Positions 1-10,826 of a DNA stretch of 64,000 nucleotides are shown one piece after another. The DNA lies in NCBI GenBank assembly GCA_963799775.1, contig CAWCYD010000003.1, positions 1,536,001-1,600,000 on the forward strand, given 5' to 3'. Source of the DNA: an uncultured archaeon. GTDB lineage: Archaea; Thermoproteota; Nitrososphaeria; Nitrososphaerales; Gagatemarchaeaceae. The notes under the pieces were generated by a model. It made no database searches. It was not told the DNA's origin and worked only from the letters and a program-made list of their open reading frames with translations. A program made the translations under genes and the position numbers. Each line of letters opens with the position of its first letter. The stretch's first letter is position 1.

Positions 1-912
1 AGCCTCTTCAGAGTTGGGAGCATTGCGTGCAGGTTCATTCTTGCTTATCACCGTGTTGACGTCATACCACCCCTTCTCCGACAGCGGGCTGACCGTGGGG
101 CGCTTGAGGGCTGGAAGCTCCCTGAGTAGCTTGTCGAGGTTCTTCTCCCTGACGTTCACGAAGATGTGGAGCCGCTTCTGACCCTCGACGACCCCGCTCA
201 GCATTATCTTGAGGTCCTTGATCTTCTCCCTCTTCCAGGGTCACTTCATCGCCTTCTTGTTCGCGACGAGCCACGCGGTCGAGCGCATCAGCGTGCCCAG
301 CTGCTTGAGGTTGTTCTGCTCCAGCGTCGTCCCGGTCTCGGTGACGTCGACTATCATGTCGACGATCTCAGGGGGCTTCGCCTCCGTTGCGCCGAAAGAG
401 AGATAGACCGCGGCCTTTGGGTTCGCGCCCTTCCTCCACCACGGGGTGATTATCATCGGCTCCTTCTTCCCGAACCGCCTCTTGTACGAGGGCTGCGAGG
501 CCAGGTAGTCGGCCGTGATGTTGAGGTATTCCGCTGAGACCCGGAAGTCCTTCCCCTGCTTCCAGAAGCTCTCCATCAACTCGTCGACGCTCTCGTAGGG
601 CTGCGACTTTGGCGTGGCCGCGACTAGTTTGACGCCGCCGAACTCCAGGTCGAGGACCTTCTCGACGCTAGCACCGGTCTCCGTTATCCAGTCGATTCCT
701 GTGATGCCGACGTCTTGGATGCCGTCTGCCACGTAGAGGGGTATCTCCTGGGGCCTCAGGACGCGGAGCTCGACCTCGGGGTCGCCGAAGGCAGGGCGGT
801 AGCTCCTGTCTTGACCTGAGATCTTATAATACGCCTTCTGGAAAATCTCTATGCTCTTCTGGCCGAGGTGGCCGTTGGGGATCGTGAGCTTCAGCTTCTT
901 GTCTGTGGGCAT
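1..912 (-). CDS. hisG: ATP phosphoribosyltransferase (long form), frameshift near 241, runs off window edge
   Basis: LRPQEIPLYVADGIQDVGITGIDW, SFGATEAKPPEIVDMIVDVTETGTTLEQNNL; alternative frame continues DPWKREKI...LPALKRPTVSPL (HisG C-terminal domain). Confidence 0.93.
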
Positions 913-1007
913 TCTAGGACGTCCCTCCGGTTCTCCGAATAGAGGTAGAAATTCTTGAGCCCGTCGAGGATTCGTTTGGGAAGCTTATTCGTGGGCCGAG
1001 AAGGCTA

Positions 1008-1069
1008 ACGATGAACTAGACCAGCTCCGACGACCGTGAACTTCATCGCCTTCCATTATGCTCCACTGA
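1008..1069 (+). ncRNA. Candidate box C/D guide sRNA
   Basis: Intergenic; C-like ACGATGA 1008-1014, D' CCGA 1027-1030, D CTGA 1066-1069; guide CTAGACCAG complementary to tRNA D-loop CTGGTCTAG. Confidence 0.45.
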
Positions 1070-1093
1070 AAATTTCGCCGCGCTGAATCATAT

Positions 1094-2288
1094 TTAAGGG
1101 TTTGTTGGTGTTGACCGGTTTCTTCGCGCTAAACTGGACAGGCCAGAGATAGGCACCCTGAAAGGCATCAGCCCTGTCAGCTTCAATCTTCGACGAATCA
1201 CGTCAAAGAAGATGATTGCGAGGATACCCTGTCGTGCAACCGCTATCCATTGGTCGGGGCTTGTGATCGCCGCCGGATTGCTGGCATTGAACATCGGTGT
1301 CGCAATCCAGAGGATGAGCATGATGTCCAGGATGTTGACGACGAGAGACATCCGATAGCTCCTTCCCGCGAGGGCGAACAGAGGCAAGGCGAGGATCATG
1401 TACTGGGGCGGGAACTTGTAGCTCACGACGAGGAAACCGACGAGCGCCAGGAAGCACAACTCGCCAAGCTCGAACCTATCCCTCAGCCTCAGCAACAGAA
1501 GCAAGACGCCCACCAAGAGTATGCCCGAGACCACCTTCGCAAGACCATCGTTAGGGATGATGTTGAGCCAGCTGTCTTCGCTGAAGTAACCCGCCTGGAA
1601 AGTGTAAGGATAGACGAATCCCTGAAAATCCCTGAGCATGAAGTAGGCGTTCGTTAGGAGCCAGCTTCCTACGACCGCACCCACGAAACCGAGTCTGCTT
1701 GTCCGGCCTTTGAAACTGAGCAGGATGAAGGGCAGACAGACAGCGGGGATTATTCGCACCGCGATGGCCAGGCCCATCGACACACCTGAAAGAGCAGCTC
1801 TCTGGCGATATGCGAGGTAGATGGAGAGCATCATCAATCCTGCTCCAGCCCAGTCGAAGCTGTAGATCGAGTAGAAGATGAAGACGGGGGTGAAGATGAT
1901 GAAGTGCTCCAGGCTGCTGGTGGAGGAGAGACCACGGAGCAACAACAGCTTCCTCGTCGCGAAGACTGCGACCAGCATGAAGGCGAACAAGAAGATGCTC
2001 ATCATCCAGTAGAACGTGTAGACGTTCTGAGGGGGGACCAACGATGCCGCCCAGAGCAACCAGGCAGAGAGCGCGGGGTACTCCAGCATGTAGTCCGACA
2101 TACGGGATGACCCCCTGTCCATGGATCGCTCCCGCCGTGGCAATCCGCGGGAAGATGGCGCCCGCGAGATCCGTGCCCAGGCTCGGGCTCATCCCGGGAT
2201 AGTGGAGCCAGAAGGCGAGCAAGAAAAAGGCGGAGGCGACCACTACGATGTGGAAGATAGAATCCCTAGATTGTCCGTCGTTTTGCAA
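1094..2288 (-). CDS. Multi-pass membrane glycosyltransferase (GT-C, GT87/DUF2029-like), frameshift near 2100
   Basis: N-terminal TM in ORF 1551..2288 joined to PY.DYMLEYP motif and many TM helices, YKFPPQY in ORF 1094..2143. Confidence 0.7.
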
Positions 2289-2300
2289 TTTGCAGCACTC

Positions 2301-2735
2301 TCAAGCTTGTTGCATCAGCGTGGTCAGCGGCACGGAGATCCCGCCTTCAAGATGGGATATGTGAACGAGCGCCCCATCCTTCCACTTGACCATGTGACGA
2401 GTGCTCTTCGGAGCAAATTTCGGACCTTGGACGGCAGCCTTGATGACGTTCTCCTTCGGGATCTGCAGCTTGCGGTCCTTCGAGAACACAAGGATGTCTT
2501 CATCGGAGTAATCGACCAGCCAGGCGGAGACGCGGGAGGCCCCTAGCGCCTGGAGCGCGCTCAACCTATGCACTCCGTCGAGCACCACCATCGTCCTCTC
2601 GTCAACCAGGATCGCCTTCTTCACGACACCCGTGGACTGGATTTGCTTCACGACGCGGCGCACCCTGTCCGGCTCCGCGGCCTCGTGCGTCTTCACCTCC
2701 TTAATTGGGACGAGCGCGAAGCGGACCTTCACCAA
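2301..2735 (-). CDS. ParB/Srx-like nuclease domain protein
   Basis: THE...AILVDERTMVVLDGVHRLSAL (DGxHR motif). Confidence 0.8.
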   Translation of the reverse strand: MVKVRFALVPIKEVKTHEAAEPDRVRRVVKQIQSTGVVKKAILVDERTMVVLDGVHRLSALQALGASRVSAWLVDYSDEDILVFSKDRKLQIPKENVIKAAVQGPKFAPKSTRHMVKWKDGALVHISHLEGGISVPLTTLMQQA

Positions 2736-2823
2736 GGCGAGGGACCGCTCTGGCGGAAGCTGCTCATAAGCCCGGTAGACGTCTGTCCAAGACTTATTAC
2801 CGCTTTGTCGGCAAGCGGACTTC

Positions 2824-2933
2824 GGGCCGGTCGTTCAGCCTGGTTAGGACGTCAGAGCATGTCCGTCAAGCTCTTACACGGCGAAAACGCAAGAGCGTCG
2901 TCACGGCCGAGAGTTCGAATCTCTCCCGGCCCA
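2824..2933 (+). tRNA. tRNA-Val(TAC) with two non-canonical introns (28/29: 2854-2869; 44/45: 2886-2904)
   Basis: Acceptor GGGCCGG/CCGGCCC, T-arm GAGAG-TTCGAAT-CTCTC, anticodon TAC 2875-2877; both introns fold into bulge-helix-bulge motifs. Confidence 0.9.
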
Positions 2934-3026
2934 TCCCTCCCCCTAGCCACGCGGGATAGATTTGACCTCTGAATTTCCTCTCCCAAGGGTTAATAGGGGA
3001 AGGCGTATTCTACTGAGAGACACAAA

Positions 3027-3239
3027 GTGACCCGGAGCACCTATCTGTGGAAGTCGGACGACGGCCTGAATCGTGTCGCCAACGTGCGCTACAAGCACGG
3101 CGCCGAGCTTTCGAAGATACCCGGCGTCACCGGGATTGGCATAGGGAAGGACCACATCATCGCGTATGTCTCCAACGAGGCAGCGAAGGTGCCCGAGACC
3201 ATTGAGGGCGTGGCCGTAATCAAGATATTCAAGGCGTAG
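3027..3239 (+). CDS. Small hypothetical protein
   Basis: 70 aa ORF with protein-like composition (IPGVTGIGIG...VPETIEGVAV) ending just before the IS left end. Confidence 0.5.
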   Translation: MTRSTYLWKSDDGLNRVANVRYKHGAELSKIPGVTGIGIGKDHIIAYVSNEAAKVPETIEGVAVIKIFKA

Positions 3240-3247
3240 GGCTCTAC

Positions 3248-4433
3248 CAGTATCTCCGAATGAGTGCGGATTTTAGCCGTCGCTCAACAAGTTATGATTT
3301 TGGGGCGTAGGGAGTCTTCACCCCGAAGCCTCAGCTATGATCTCCAATCATCTAGCCAGAGGCTTCGATACCGTCATGATGCGATGCCTGCCCCAGCTAC
3401 TGTGCTTCGAGGTGAAGCCCAGCTACTTGTACACGAAGGCGGACTATATCCGTCTCCTTGTCAACTCGTCTGTACTCAATGCCTACGCGGAAGGAATGAG
3501 CAACGTCTCCAATAAGTTTGGAGCCGGGGTACCGAACTCCGACACCGCGCTTATGCGCTTCAAGAGCATCGAGAGATACGAGCTCCAGAGCGTCGTCTCC
3601 ATCGTCCTCGAGGAGCAGGTAGGCGAGCTGAAGAGAAAGGGGTTGCTGAAGAGACCGGTCCCGATTGCGTTTGATTGGCACGACCAGATGTTTTATGGCG
3701 ATAATGAGACCGACATGGTCAACGGGACGAGGCCAAAGGCCGGCTCTTGCTACGCTTACCAGTACCTCACCGCGAGCATCCTCGCCGATGGGAGGAGGCT
3801 CACGATCGTCCTGACGCCCATCAAGAGCAGGGAGTATCTCTTGGATTACATCGAGGACGCCCTCAACCGGATAAGGAACATGGGAATCAGGGTTAGGTAT
3901 CTCCTCTTCGATGGAGGGTTCTCATCGCTCGAGCTCCCCTCTTGGCTCCAGGAGAACGGATACCTGTATGCAATCCATTTCACGCCCAACCGGCTGACGA
4001 AGAGGATCGACCTCAAGGACGGTCAATCTGTCTCCTATCCTTGCGACAGACCGTTCAAGCTCGTCAGGGTCGACGACGAGGAGACGAAGATCAGCTACCT
4101 CTTCGCCACGAACATGTCGTGCAGGCCGAAGCGCCTGCTGAAGCGTTACAAGACCCGTTGGGGAGTGGAGACCGCCTACAGAGAGCACAACATCTTCCTT
4201 CCGAGGACGAAATCGAAGAGCTTCACGGTTAGGCTACTCTACTACGCGGTGGCAGTATGCCTATACAACGCATGGTGCATCCTGAACTCTTCAGAGCGCA
4301 ACGACAATGGAGAGGACGGACGCGACGATGAAGAGCATATCATCGCATTGGAGGTCAAGGTCTCCCTCCTCCTCACATTCCTAATCCCATTGGCAACCTG
4401 ACGGAGGTGACCCTATGTCATTCGGAGATACTG
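3248..4433 (+). mobile_element. ISH3-family (IS4-like DDE) insertion sequence
   Basis: Perfect 16-bp TIRs CAGTATCTCCGAATGA (3248-3263) / TCATTCGGAGATACTG (4418-4433); flanks TCTAC/TCAAC (imperfect 5-bp target duplication). Confidence 0.9.
3337..4401 (+). CDS. ISH3-family transposase
   Basis: IAFDWHDQMFYG, LLFDGGF, YKTRWGVETAYRE (DDE with Y-R-E-K-like motif). Confidence 0.9.
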   Translation: MISNHLARGFDTVMMRCLPQLLCFEVKPSYLYTKADYIRLLVNSSVLNAYAEGMSNVSNKFGAGVPNSDTALMRFKSIERYELQSVVSIVLEEQVGELKRKGLLKRPVPIAFDWHDQMFYGDNETDMVNGTRPKAGSCYAYQYLTASILADGRRLTIVLTPIKSREYLLDYIEDALNRIRNMGIRVRYLLFDGGFSSLELPSWLQENGYLYAIHFTPNRLTKRIDLKDGQSVSYPCDRPFKLVRVDDEETKISYLFATNMSCRPKRLLKRYKTRWGVETAYREHNIFLPRTKSKSFTVRLLYYAVAVCLYNAWCILNSSERNDNGEDGRDDEEHIIALEVKVSLLLTFLIPLAT

Positions 4434-4552
4434 TCAACTCGCACCGCTTTTCGAGGTATCCCCATCAACGATATTCAAAACAGTGCGGGGCTTGAAACGA
4501 GGCAAAAGAGTCGGATGGTAATGACGCCCCTACCCGCCACCAGACGAGACGG

Positions 4553-5495
4553 CTAGCTGCCAGTATATTTGGAGTGCTGCCGGACTATCGCCGTCATCCT
4601 GCACACCCCGCAGACCTCCTGCGAGGAGGGCTTGCCGCACTTCACGCAGGCGAGCGTCTTCTTCTTGGCGGCGGAGTCGTTCGAGAGCCTGGAGGCGACC
4701 TCGAGGGCGGATTTCAATAGGACATTTTTCATGCCCGGATGCCTCGCCTCCATCTCGTTGAGGTAGTCGCGGACCTCGCTCCTCAGGCCCTCGTGCATGT
4801 AGGGGCAGCTCACGCTCTGGAACGGGATCTTCGAGAGGTAGGCGTAGAGGGCTATCTCCTCCTCGTAGACCTCGGTGAAGGGCTTGACCCTGCGGATCGG
4901 GAAGGCCTCGCCGCTCGTCGAGAGGTCGAGCCAGCCGAGCCTGTCGACGTCGCCGTGGAGGAGGTTCATCATGAAGGTCTGGACGTAGTCGTCGAGGTTG
5001 TGCGCCGTGGCGAGCACCTGAACGCCCGCGTTGGCGGCAGCCTCGTCTATCGCCCTCCTGCGGAAGACGCCGCAGATGCTGCAGGAGGAGAGCTCCCTCT
5101 CGTCCTTCCAGTCGAGGGCCTGGTCGAGGCTGAACCCGAAGAGGCCACTGTAGGAGACCAGCACGAGCTCCACGCCCAGCTCCCCGCAAAAGGCCCTCGT
5201 ATGCTCGATGGCCTCGTCGCGGTAGCCCGCAACCCCCTCGTCGACTGTGAGCGCCACCAGGGCCCCCAGGGCCGCCGTTGAGCCCGTGCAGGATCTTGAG
5301 GAGGGAGAGGCTGTCTTTTCCCCCCGAGACGGCCACCCCGACCCTCTCCCCTCGCCGGAGCATCCCGAACTTCGAGATGGTGCGCCTGACCTTCTCGACG
5401 GTGGACTCTCGGAAGCAGTCGGCGCAGAGGCTCTCCCCCGAGTACCTCCTTGTGTAGTATGACGGCTTTTTGCCGCATTTCGAGCAGTCCACCAA
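4553..5495 (-). CDS. TIGR00269/TtuA-NcsA family tRNA 2-thiolation protein, frameshift near 5270
   Basis: N-terminal CxxC zinc finger, SGGKDS PP-loop, SCSICGVFRR, ATAHNLDD, C-terminal CxxC...CxxC. Confidence 0.9.
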
Positions 5496-5577
5496 GGAAT
5501 AGAGCCCGGGTGGGGCAGAGTCGGGTCAAACCTTAAAGGGTTCTCATCGAGGCAGCGGGAAAAGAAGGGAACCGGGC

Positions 5578-6915
5578 TTGTCAGAGACACCAGGGACGGA
5601 GGCGCCACCAGCAGAGGCGCCGGATGCAGAGGAGAAGCCGTACAAGCCCGTCTCGCGGTGGTTCCTCTTCTTCATGCTCAGGACGAGGCGCGGACTCGGC
5701 CTCATGGACAAGCTCGGGGAGTGGAGGGTGACAAAGCCGCTCGGATGGGTGATGCTCGCCATCATCCCGTTCGCTGGCTTGTTGGCCCTCTACGTGATAG
5801 CGGTCGAGGTCACGGCGCTCTACTTCTCCCCGCAGGGCCACGCGATCCAGTCGACCGTCCGCACCATCTCGCCCCTGGCGAACTTCCTCCTTCCGGGTAT
5901 CAACCCCTACCTCCCGCTCAGCGTATGGCTGGCGGTAATAGTGGCGGTGGTGATTCACGAGTCGGCGCACGGCATAATCGCGCGCAGCCTCGGCCTAAGG
6001 GTCAAGGCCGCGGGTGTCCTCCTCTTTCTCATCCTGCCCATCGGGGCGTTCGTGGAGGTCGACGACAAGCAGCTCAAGGAGACCCGCAGCAGGGACTCCC
6101 TCCGGGCCCTGGGGGCGGGCTCCGGCATCAACTTCATCGTCGGCGTGGTCTGCGTCCTGCTTCTCATTCTCACCGTCGCTTCGATGGTCCCGGCCACACG
6201 AGGGGCCGCGATCGTGGGCGTAGTGCATCCCTCCGCGACGGTCCAGTCTCCTGCCTACGCCGCGGGCATCCAGCCGGGAGACTTCGTGACGGCCCTCAAC
6301 GGCTCGCCTGTCACGGACCTCGGCGTCCTGCACAACGGGACTTTCTCCGTGGGGGAGAAGGTGAACGTGACCGTCTGGCGCAACGGCCAGACAAGTACAA
6401 TCGACAACGTGGTCCTGAGCAACTACACCGTGACCACGGTCAACGAGACGAGCGGGCAGAGCTCGACTTCGGTCCAGCCGTTCCTAGGGGTGGACGAGGC
6501 GAGCTATTCCAATCTCCAGTCGGTCGCGAGCACCTACGCGAACGCCTACAAGACGTTCCCGCTCGCTTACCTGGTGGAGATCCCCACGTTCGGGAACGCG
6601 CAATACGACGTGCCCTTCTCCAACATCCTCTCTGGCTTCTACACGTCGCCCCTGGGGAGCCTCACTCCGTTCGTGACGCAGGGCCTGTTCTGGTTGTTCT
6701 TCGTCAACTTCAACCTGGCCATCTTCAACAGCCTCCCCATCTACCCGATGGACGGCGGCCAGGCCTTCGAGACCTTCCTGAGGGGAGCCGGTAGGGGGAA
6801 GATCAGCGACGAGCTGGCGAGGAGGGTCACCACGGGCGTGACGCTCGCGATATTCTTCGCGCTCTTCATAGTCATCGCCGGCCCCTACATCACCGGGGCC
6901 TTCTCGCCCGCGTGA
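5578..6915 (+). CDS. Site-2 protease (M50) with PDZ domain
   Basis: IHESAHG (HExxH), SPAYAAGIQPGD PDZ signature, FNSLPIYPMDGG. Confidence 0.93.
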   Translation: MSETPGTEAPPAEAPDAEEKPYKPVSRWFLFFMLRTRRGLGLMDKLGEWRVTKPLGWVMLAIIPFAGLLALYVIAVEVTALYFSPQGHAIQSTVRTISPLANFLLPGINPYLPLSVWLAVIVAVVIHESAHGIIARSLGLRVKAAGVLLFLILPIGAFVEVDDKQLKETRSRDSLRALGAGSGINFIVGVVCVLLLILTVASMVPATRGAAIVGVVHPSATVQSPAYAAGIQPGDFVTALNGSPVTDLGVLHNGTFSVGEKVNVTVWRNGQTSTIDNVVLSNYTVTTVNETSGQSSTSVQPFLGVDEASYSNLQSVASTYANAYKTFPLAYLVEIPTFGNAQYDVPFSNILSGFYTSPLGSLTPFVTQGLFWLFFVNFNLAIFNSLPIYPMDGGQAFETFLRGAGRGKISDELARRVTTGVTLAIFFALFIVIAGPYITGAFSPA

Positions 6916-6926
6916 CGCGTCCGCCT

Positions 6927-8004
6927 CTACGAACCCTTGTTTGAGATGTCGTAGCGGAGGAGCGCGACTATCCCTCCCAGCGCGGAGACCTGCTTTCCCG
7001 TCTCCAGCGAGGAGTCTGTGAGGAAGATCTTCCCTCCCTTCTTCTCGATGAGGTTGAGCGTCTCCACGAGGGTTGCCTCGTCGACGTTGGTGCCGAAGAC
7101 GTCGTCGGCGACGACGCAGGTCTCGACCGCGCCGGCCTTCGCGGCCTCTGAGACCTTGGGGAGCGCGTAGGCTATCCTCTTCTCGCCCCGCGATATCCTC
7201 CGGATGGCCTCCTCGACGGCCCTCTGGACCTCCACCAGCACGCTGTCCTTCGCCACGTTCCTGAAACCCTCGGACTTGACCAGCGCCCGCACGCCGTCGG
7301 AGCCCGAGAGGTCGAAGCCCTCGACTAGGGTCTCGTTCTTCTTTAGGTCGGGGTCTTTCCTTACGAGGTTCTCCATTACGAGCTTGGTGTTCCCAGGCCC
7401 CGCGATGACGACGACGTCCCCCTCCCTCCACGTCGACTTTAGCAGCTCGAGCACCTTGCGGAAGTAGGGCTGCATGTCAACCTCCTTGGTCCCGGTCCCG
7501 CCCTTGCCGGAGGCACCCGACTCCACGGTCGAGACTATGGTAAGGTGCGACCCGACGAGCAGGCCCACGCCGGCGTCCCTCCTGTCGATCGCCACAAGGA
7601 GGAACCTCTTCTCGGAGACGGTGGAGGACTCGAGGATGCGCGTGTGCGCAGGCGTCCAGTCCTCTTTCTTGATCGTCAGGCTCCTGGCCCGGGGAGATGA
7701 GCAGGGAGTGCGAGCCTGCCTTCGTCACGCTCTCGTCGCTAGCCTCGATGATCTTCCCGCGAATCCTCAGCCGGTCGACGCTGCTGTCGAGGCTTATCCC
7801 CTCGACCTGGAGCGCAATCGTGACCTTGATGCGCTCGCCCTTGTCAGGCCTGGTGTAGTCTCCCTCTCTCTTAGACACCCTGGAGCTCTTAGTGACGACG
7901 ACGTCGCCCGGGGCCAGCAGCCTCCTCAAGGTCCAGAGGTCGTCCGGGGACTCGGGTGTGAGCCGGCATGTTCCTTGCTTGGGTATGAACTCGCTTACTA
8001 TCAA
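6927..8004 (-). CDS. pelA: mRNA surveillance protein Pelota (aDom34), frameshifted near 7690
   Basis: PESPDDLWTLRRL, LRIRGKI, IAYA...AGAVET, GKQVSALGGIVALLRY. Confidence 0.9.
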
Positions 8005-8013
8005 GCGAGCATG

Positions 8014-9293
8014 TCACTCGAGCTGTAGGTCTCTGAAAGTGCCTACGCTCAAGCCGTCGGGCAGGTTCTTGATGTCTCCTATCCTGTGCCCCACGATCCC
8101 CTTTACGCTCGCCTTTGCGGCTGCGTCTATCAGCCTCTGCGTGACGATTCCGTCGAACACAAGGTAGGTCGCCCCCGTCGTCTCCATCTTGGGAACGAGC
8201 TCGCTTATCGGCATCCGGCCCTTCTCGTTGAGGTTCTCGTCGAGGACCATCGCCTCTAGCGTCCCGTTTATCGAGGGGAAGACCTCCTTCACCTTGTCGA
8301 CGACGGGTGCCGGGACGGGTGGTGTCGCGGGGGCCGCGGGTGCTCCTTCCTCCACTCTCGGGGCGCGCTCGTATCTGTCATATCGGGGAGCCCTCTCCGG
8401 CCTCTCGCTCCTCTCGAATCTGGGGGTTCTCTCTCGCCTCTCATGCCTCTCGTATCTGTCTGAGCGTTCCCTTGCCTCCCTCGGGTTGCGGCCCGGTAGC
8501 TCTCCTCTGAGCATCTGGTGGACCTCGATGGGCGTCAGGTCCTCGACCTCCTTGCCGTCGGGGGCCCTGATTACCTTCTCGACTCGCATGACCTGGGCGA
8601 GTTCTTTCTCGATGAGGTCGCCGCCCCTGTCCCCGTCAAGGACCGCGATGATCCTCTTCTTCCTGCTGAGGTCGATAACTGCCTGCGGGATGCTGGTGCC
8701 CTCGACCGCGACCACGTTCTCTATTCCTGCCCTTAGGAACAGGACCACGTCGGCTCGGCCCTCTACTATGTAGACGCCGTCAGCGGTGTAGACGCCAGGG
8801 CCTGCGGGGAGGTTCTCGACCCCGAAGTTGACGACGCGCGCCCTCTTCGTGGACTCTTGCACGTCCTTGAGGACGTTCTCGCCCTCGCTCAGAGTGCGCG
8901 AACTCCACTCCTTCATGATGTCCTTGGCGCGGTCAGCGATCTGCTGGCGCTTTGAAGCTCTAACGTCCTCTATCCCCTCGAGGATGGACCCTCGCGGAGC
9001 AAGGGCCGACCTTGTCGACGCTCTCCACAGCGGCAGCGATGAGCGCCGCCGTGCTCACGTCGGTGGACATCGGGATGAGGATCGTGCCCCAGGTCTTGTC
9101 GTTCTTGGACTCTAGATTGATCTCTATGCGTCCGACTTTCCACGTCTTCTGGAGTTCGTTTAGATTCATCTCAGGGCCGAACAGGCCCTCGGTCTGGCCA
9201 AAGATCGCGCCGATCAAGTCGGCCTTCTCGACCACACCGTCTACGTCGAACCTCAGTTTGACGAGGTATTTTACTATCGCCGAATCAGGCAGT
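8014..9293 (-). CDS. dnaG: Archaeal DnaG (primase-like, exosome-associated), frameshift near 8985; start approximate
   Basis: VVEKADLIGAIFGQTEGLFG, IVEGRADV, LDGDRGGDLI TOPRIM, FDGIVTQRL. Confidence 0.92.
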
Positions 9294-9409
9294 TTCTTTC
9301 AACTCGTTGTTAGCTTGTAACGTTGGTTAGCTTAACTAGGCCGGTCGTGCTTTGGCGGATATTTAAACCCATATGCCTCATCGACGCAAATCAGTCAGTG
9401 GGGTGCTGA

Positions 9410-9850
9410 TCACGAAACGTGGTCGCCTTTTGACTCGGGGGCGAACCTGGAGAGGTTCTCCACGTGCCGGAAGATGCCTCCGGAGGCCGCCGTGAGGCGC
9501 TTGCGCTGGGCGAGCGATGGCTTCACCCCCTCATGGGTCAGGAACTTGACATATCTCGACGCCAGACGCCTCCCCTCGGCGTCCATGTCCGTAAGGATGA
9601 CCATCAGGCGGACGTCCTCTCTAAGCTTCTCCCTGGCGGCCTGGTTGGAGGTGAGGATCGAGACGCTGAATATGGGGCCGGAGTAGCCAAGCGCCTTCAG
9701 TGCCGCGGCGTCCCTCTTCCCCTCTACGAGGACTGCCCCTCCCTCGGCCGCCAGGTCGTTGAGCTCCTTGACGAAGGACTGGAGGAATTCCTCGAACCTT
9801 TGGAACCTCCTCTCGTTTCCTCCCTGGAGCTTGGGCAAGGGGTTGATCAT
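9410..9850 (-). CDS. Small TOPRIM domain protein
   Basis: VLVEGKRDAAAL and ILTDMDAEG motifs. Confidence 0.85.
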   Translation of the reverse strand: MINPLPKLQGGNERRFQRFEEFLQSFVKELNDLAAEGGAVLVEGKRDAAALKALGYSGPIFSVSILTSNQAAREKLREDVRLMVILTDMDAEGRRLASRYVKFLTHEGVKPSLAQRKRLTAASGGIFRHVENLSRFAPESKGDHVS

Positions 9851-10217
9851 TATGTGGCCCGCCTCTGAACGGTCCGACTCATCCTGCGGCTTTCGCCGCC
9901 GTTGCCGAGCCTCTTTGTACGGGCCGAGCCTCGTCGCGTCTCGGTCCTAGAAATGGCTTCCGTCTGTAGCACGACTGGGTAAACCCACCAGATTATAGCC
10001 GGTCAGAGCAGGATACTCAAACGATTGGCAGAGGAGAAGAGCCACTAGTAATCTTGCTCAGAGACTGTAGGTGCTTGCGTGCCCCTTGCGCCTTCGGCCT
10101 TCGGAGGGGCTCAACTTCATTATCTATTCAAGATGAGAAATCAAGAGCGAAATGTGGCGCGTGTTTAACCTCGCCAAAATCCAGAGGTTCATGGCCGGGA
10201 GGGGTCAATTGAAAGTC

Positions 10218-10736
10218 TTAAGGCGTGAAGTTGCCCAGGAATACAAGACAGCCAGTACCATTGTACCATTTCTCCGCAATACAGCCATAGAGGCTTTCGC
10301 CAGCTACCGGACCTTTTCCTCCCCCGAAATCCTGAAACTTGGCGAACATTGTTGCCGAACCCCCGTTGGTTAAAGCGGCTGCTGGAATTACAGTGCACGA
10401 GGATGCAGCATCGGTAACGCCGGCGTTGGCTGGCCCGTAATCTAACCAAAGACAAGGGTTGCCCTCACCAAGGCTGGCATACTGCCCGCCACCGGGCAGA
10501 GTGACATCCATAATTTGGAAGGTGCACGTCTTGTTGCTAATGCTGCACCCTTCGAGGTCGACTGCATAGTTAATGGGAATGGTTTCCTCGACGGTTGTTG
10601 CAACGGTGGTTGTTGATGTCTCCGTGATTCTTGTATTTCCCCCCAATCGGGTAACAACGAAACCCATTCCCGATCCGATCAGGAGGCAAACTGCCACTAC
10701 CACGGCGAGTTTGACTCCCGTCAAGTTAGTCTTCAA
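10218..10736 (-). CDS. Hypothetical membrane-anchored secreted protein
   Basis: N-terminal TM, Thr-rich linker, Cys-containing extracellular domain. Confidence 0.65.
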   Translation of the reverse strand: MKTNLTGVKLAVVVAVCLLIGSGMGFVVTRLGGNTRITETSTTTVATTVEETIPINYAVDLEGCSISNKTCTFQIMDVTLPGGGQYASLGEGNPCLWLDYGPANAGVTDAASSCTVIPAAALTNGGSATMFAKFQDFGGGKGPVAGESLYGCIAEKWYNGTGCLVFLGNFTP

Positions 10737-10826
10737 CTTGGGAAAACGTCCACCTCGGACTTGCGCTTGGTCACTTAAAAAATGAGATTGTCTTGGGAAG
10801 TAGAGTTGGTCGAAAATAGACCCAAT

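Noticed and set aside
5658-7431. Long overlapping alternative-frame and antisense ORFs (also throughout pheST, nrdJ, atp)
   Set aside because: Arg/Gly/Pro-rich shadow ORFs expected from high-GC3 coding sequence; no motifs
9375-9415. Possible minus-strand box C/D RNA overlapping the TOPRIM gene stop
   Set aside because: Boxes are degenerate, guides short and no target recognised; insufficient support
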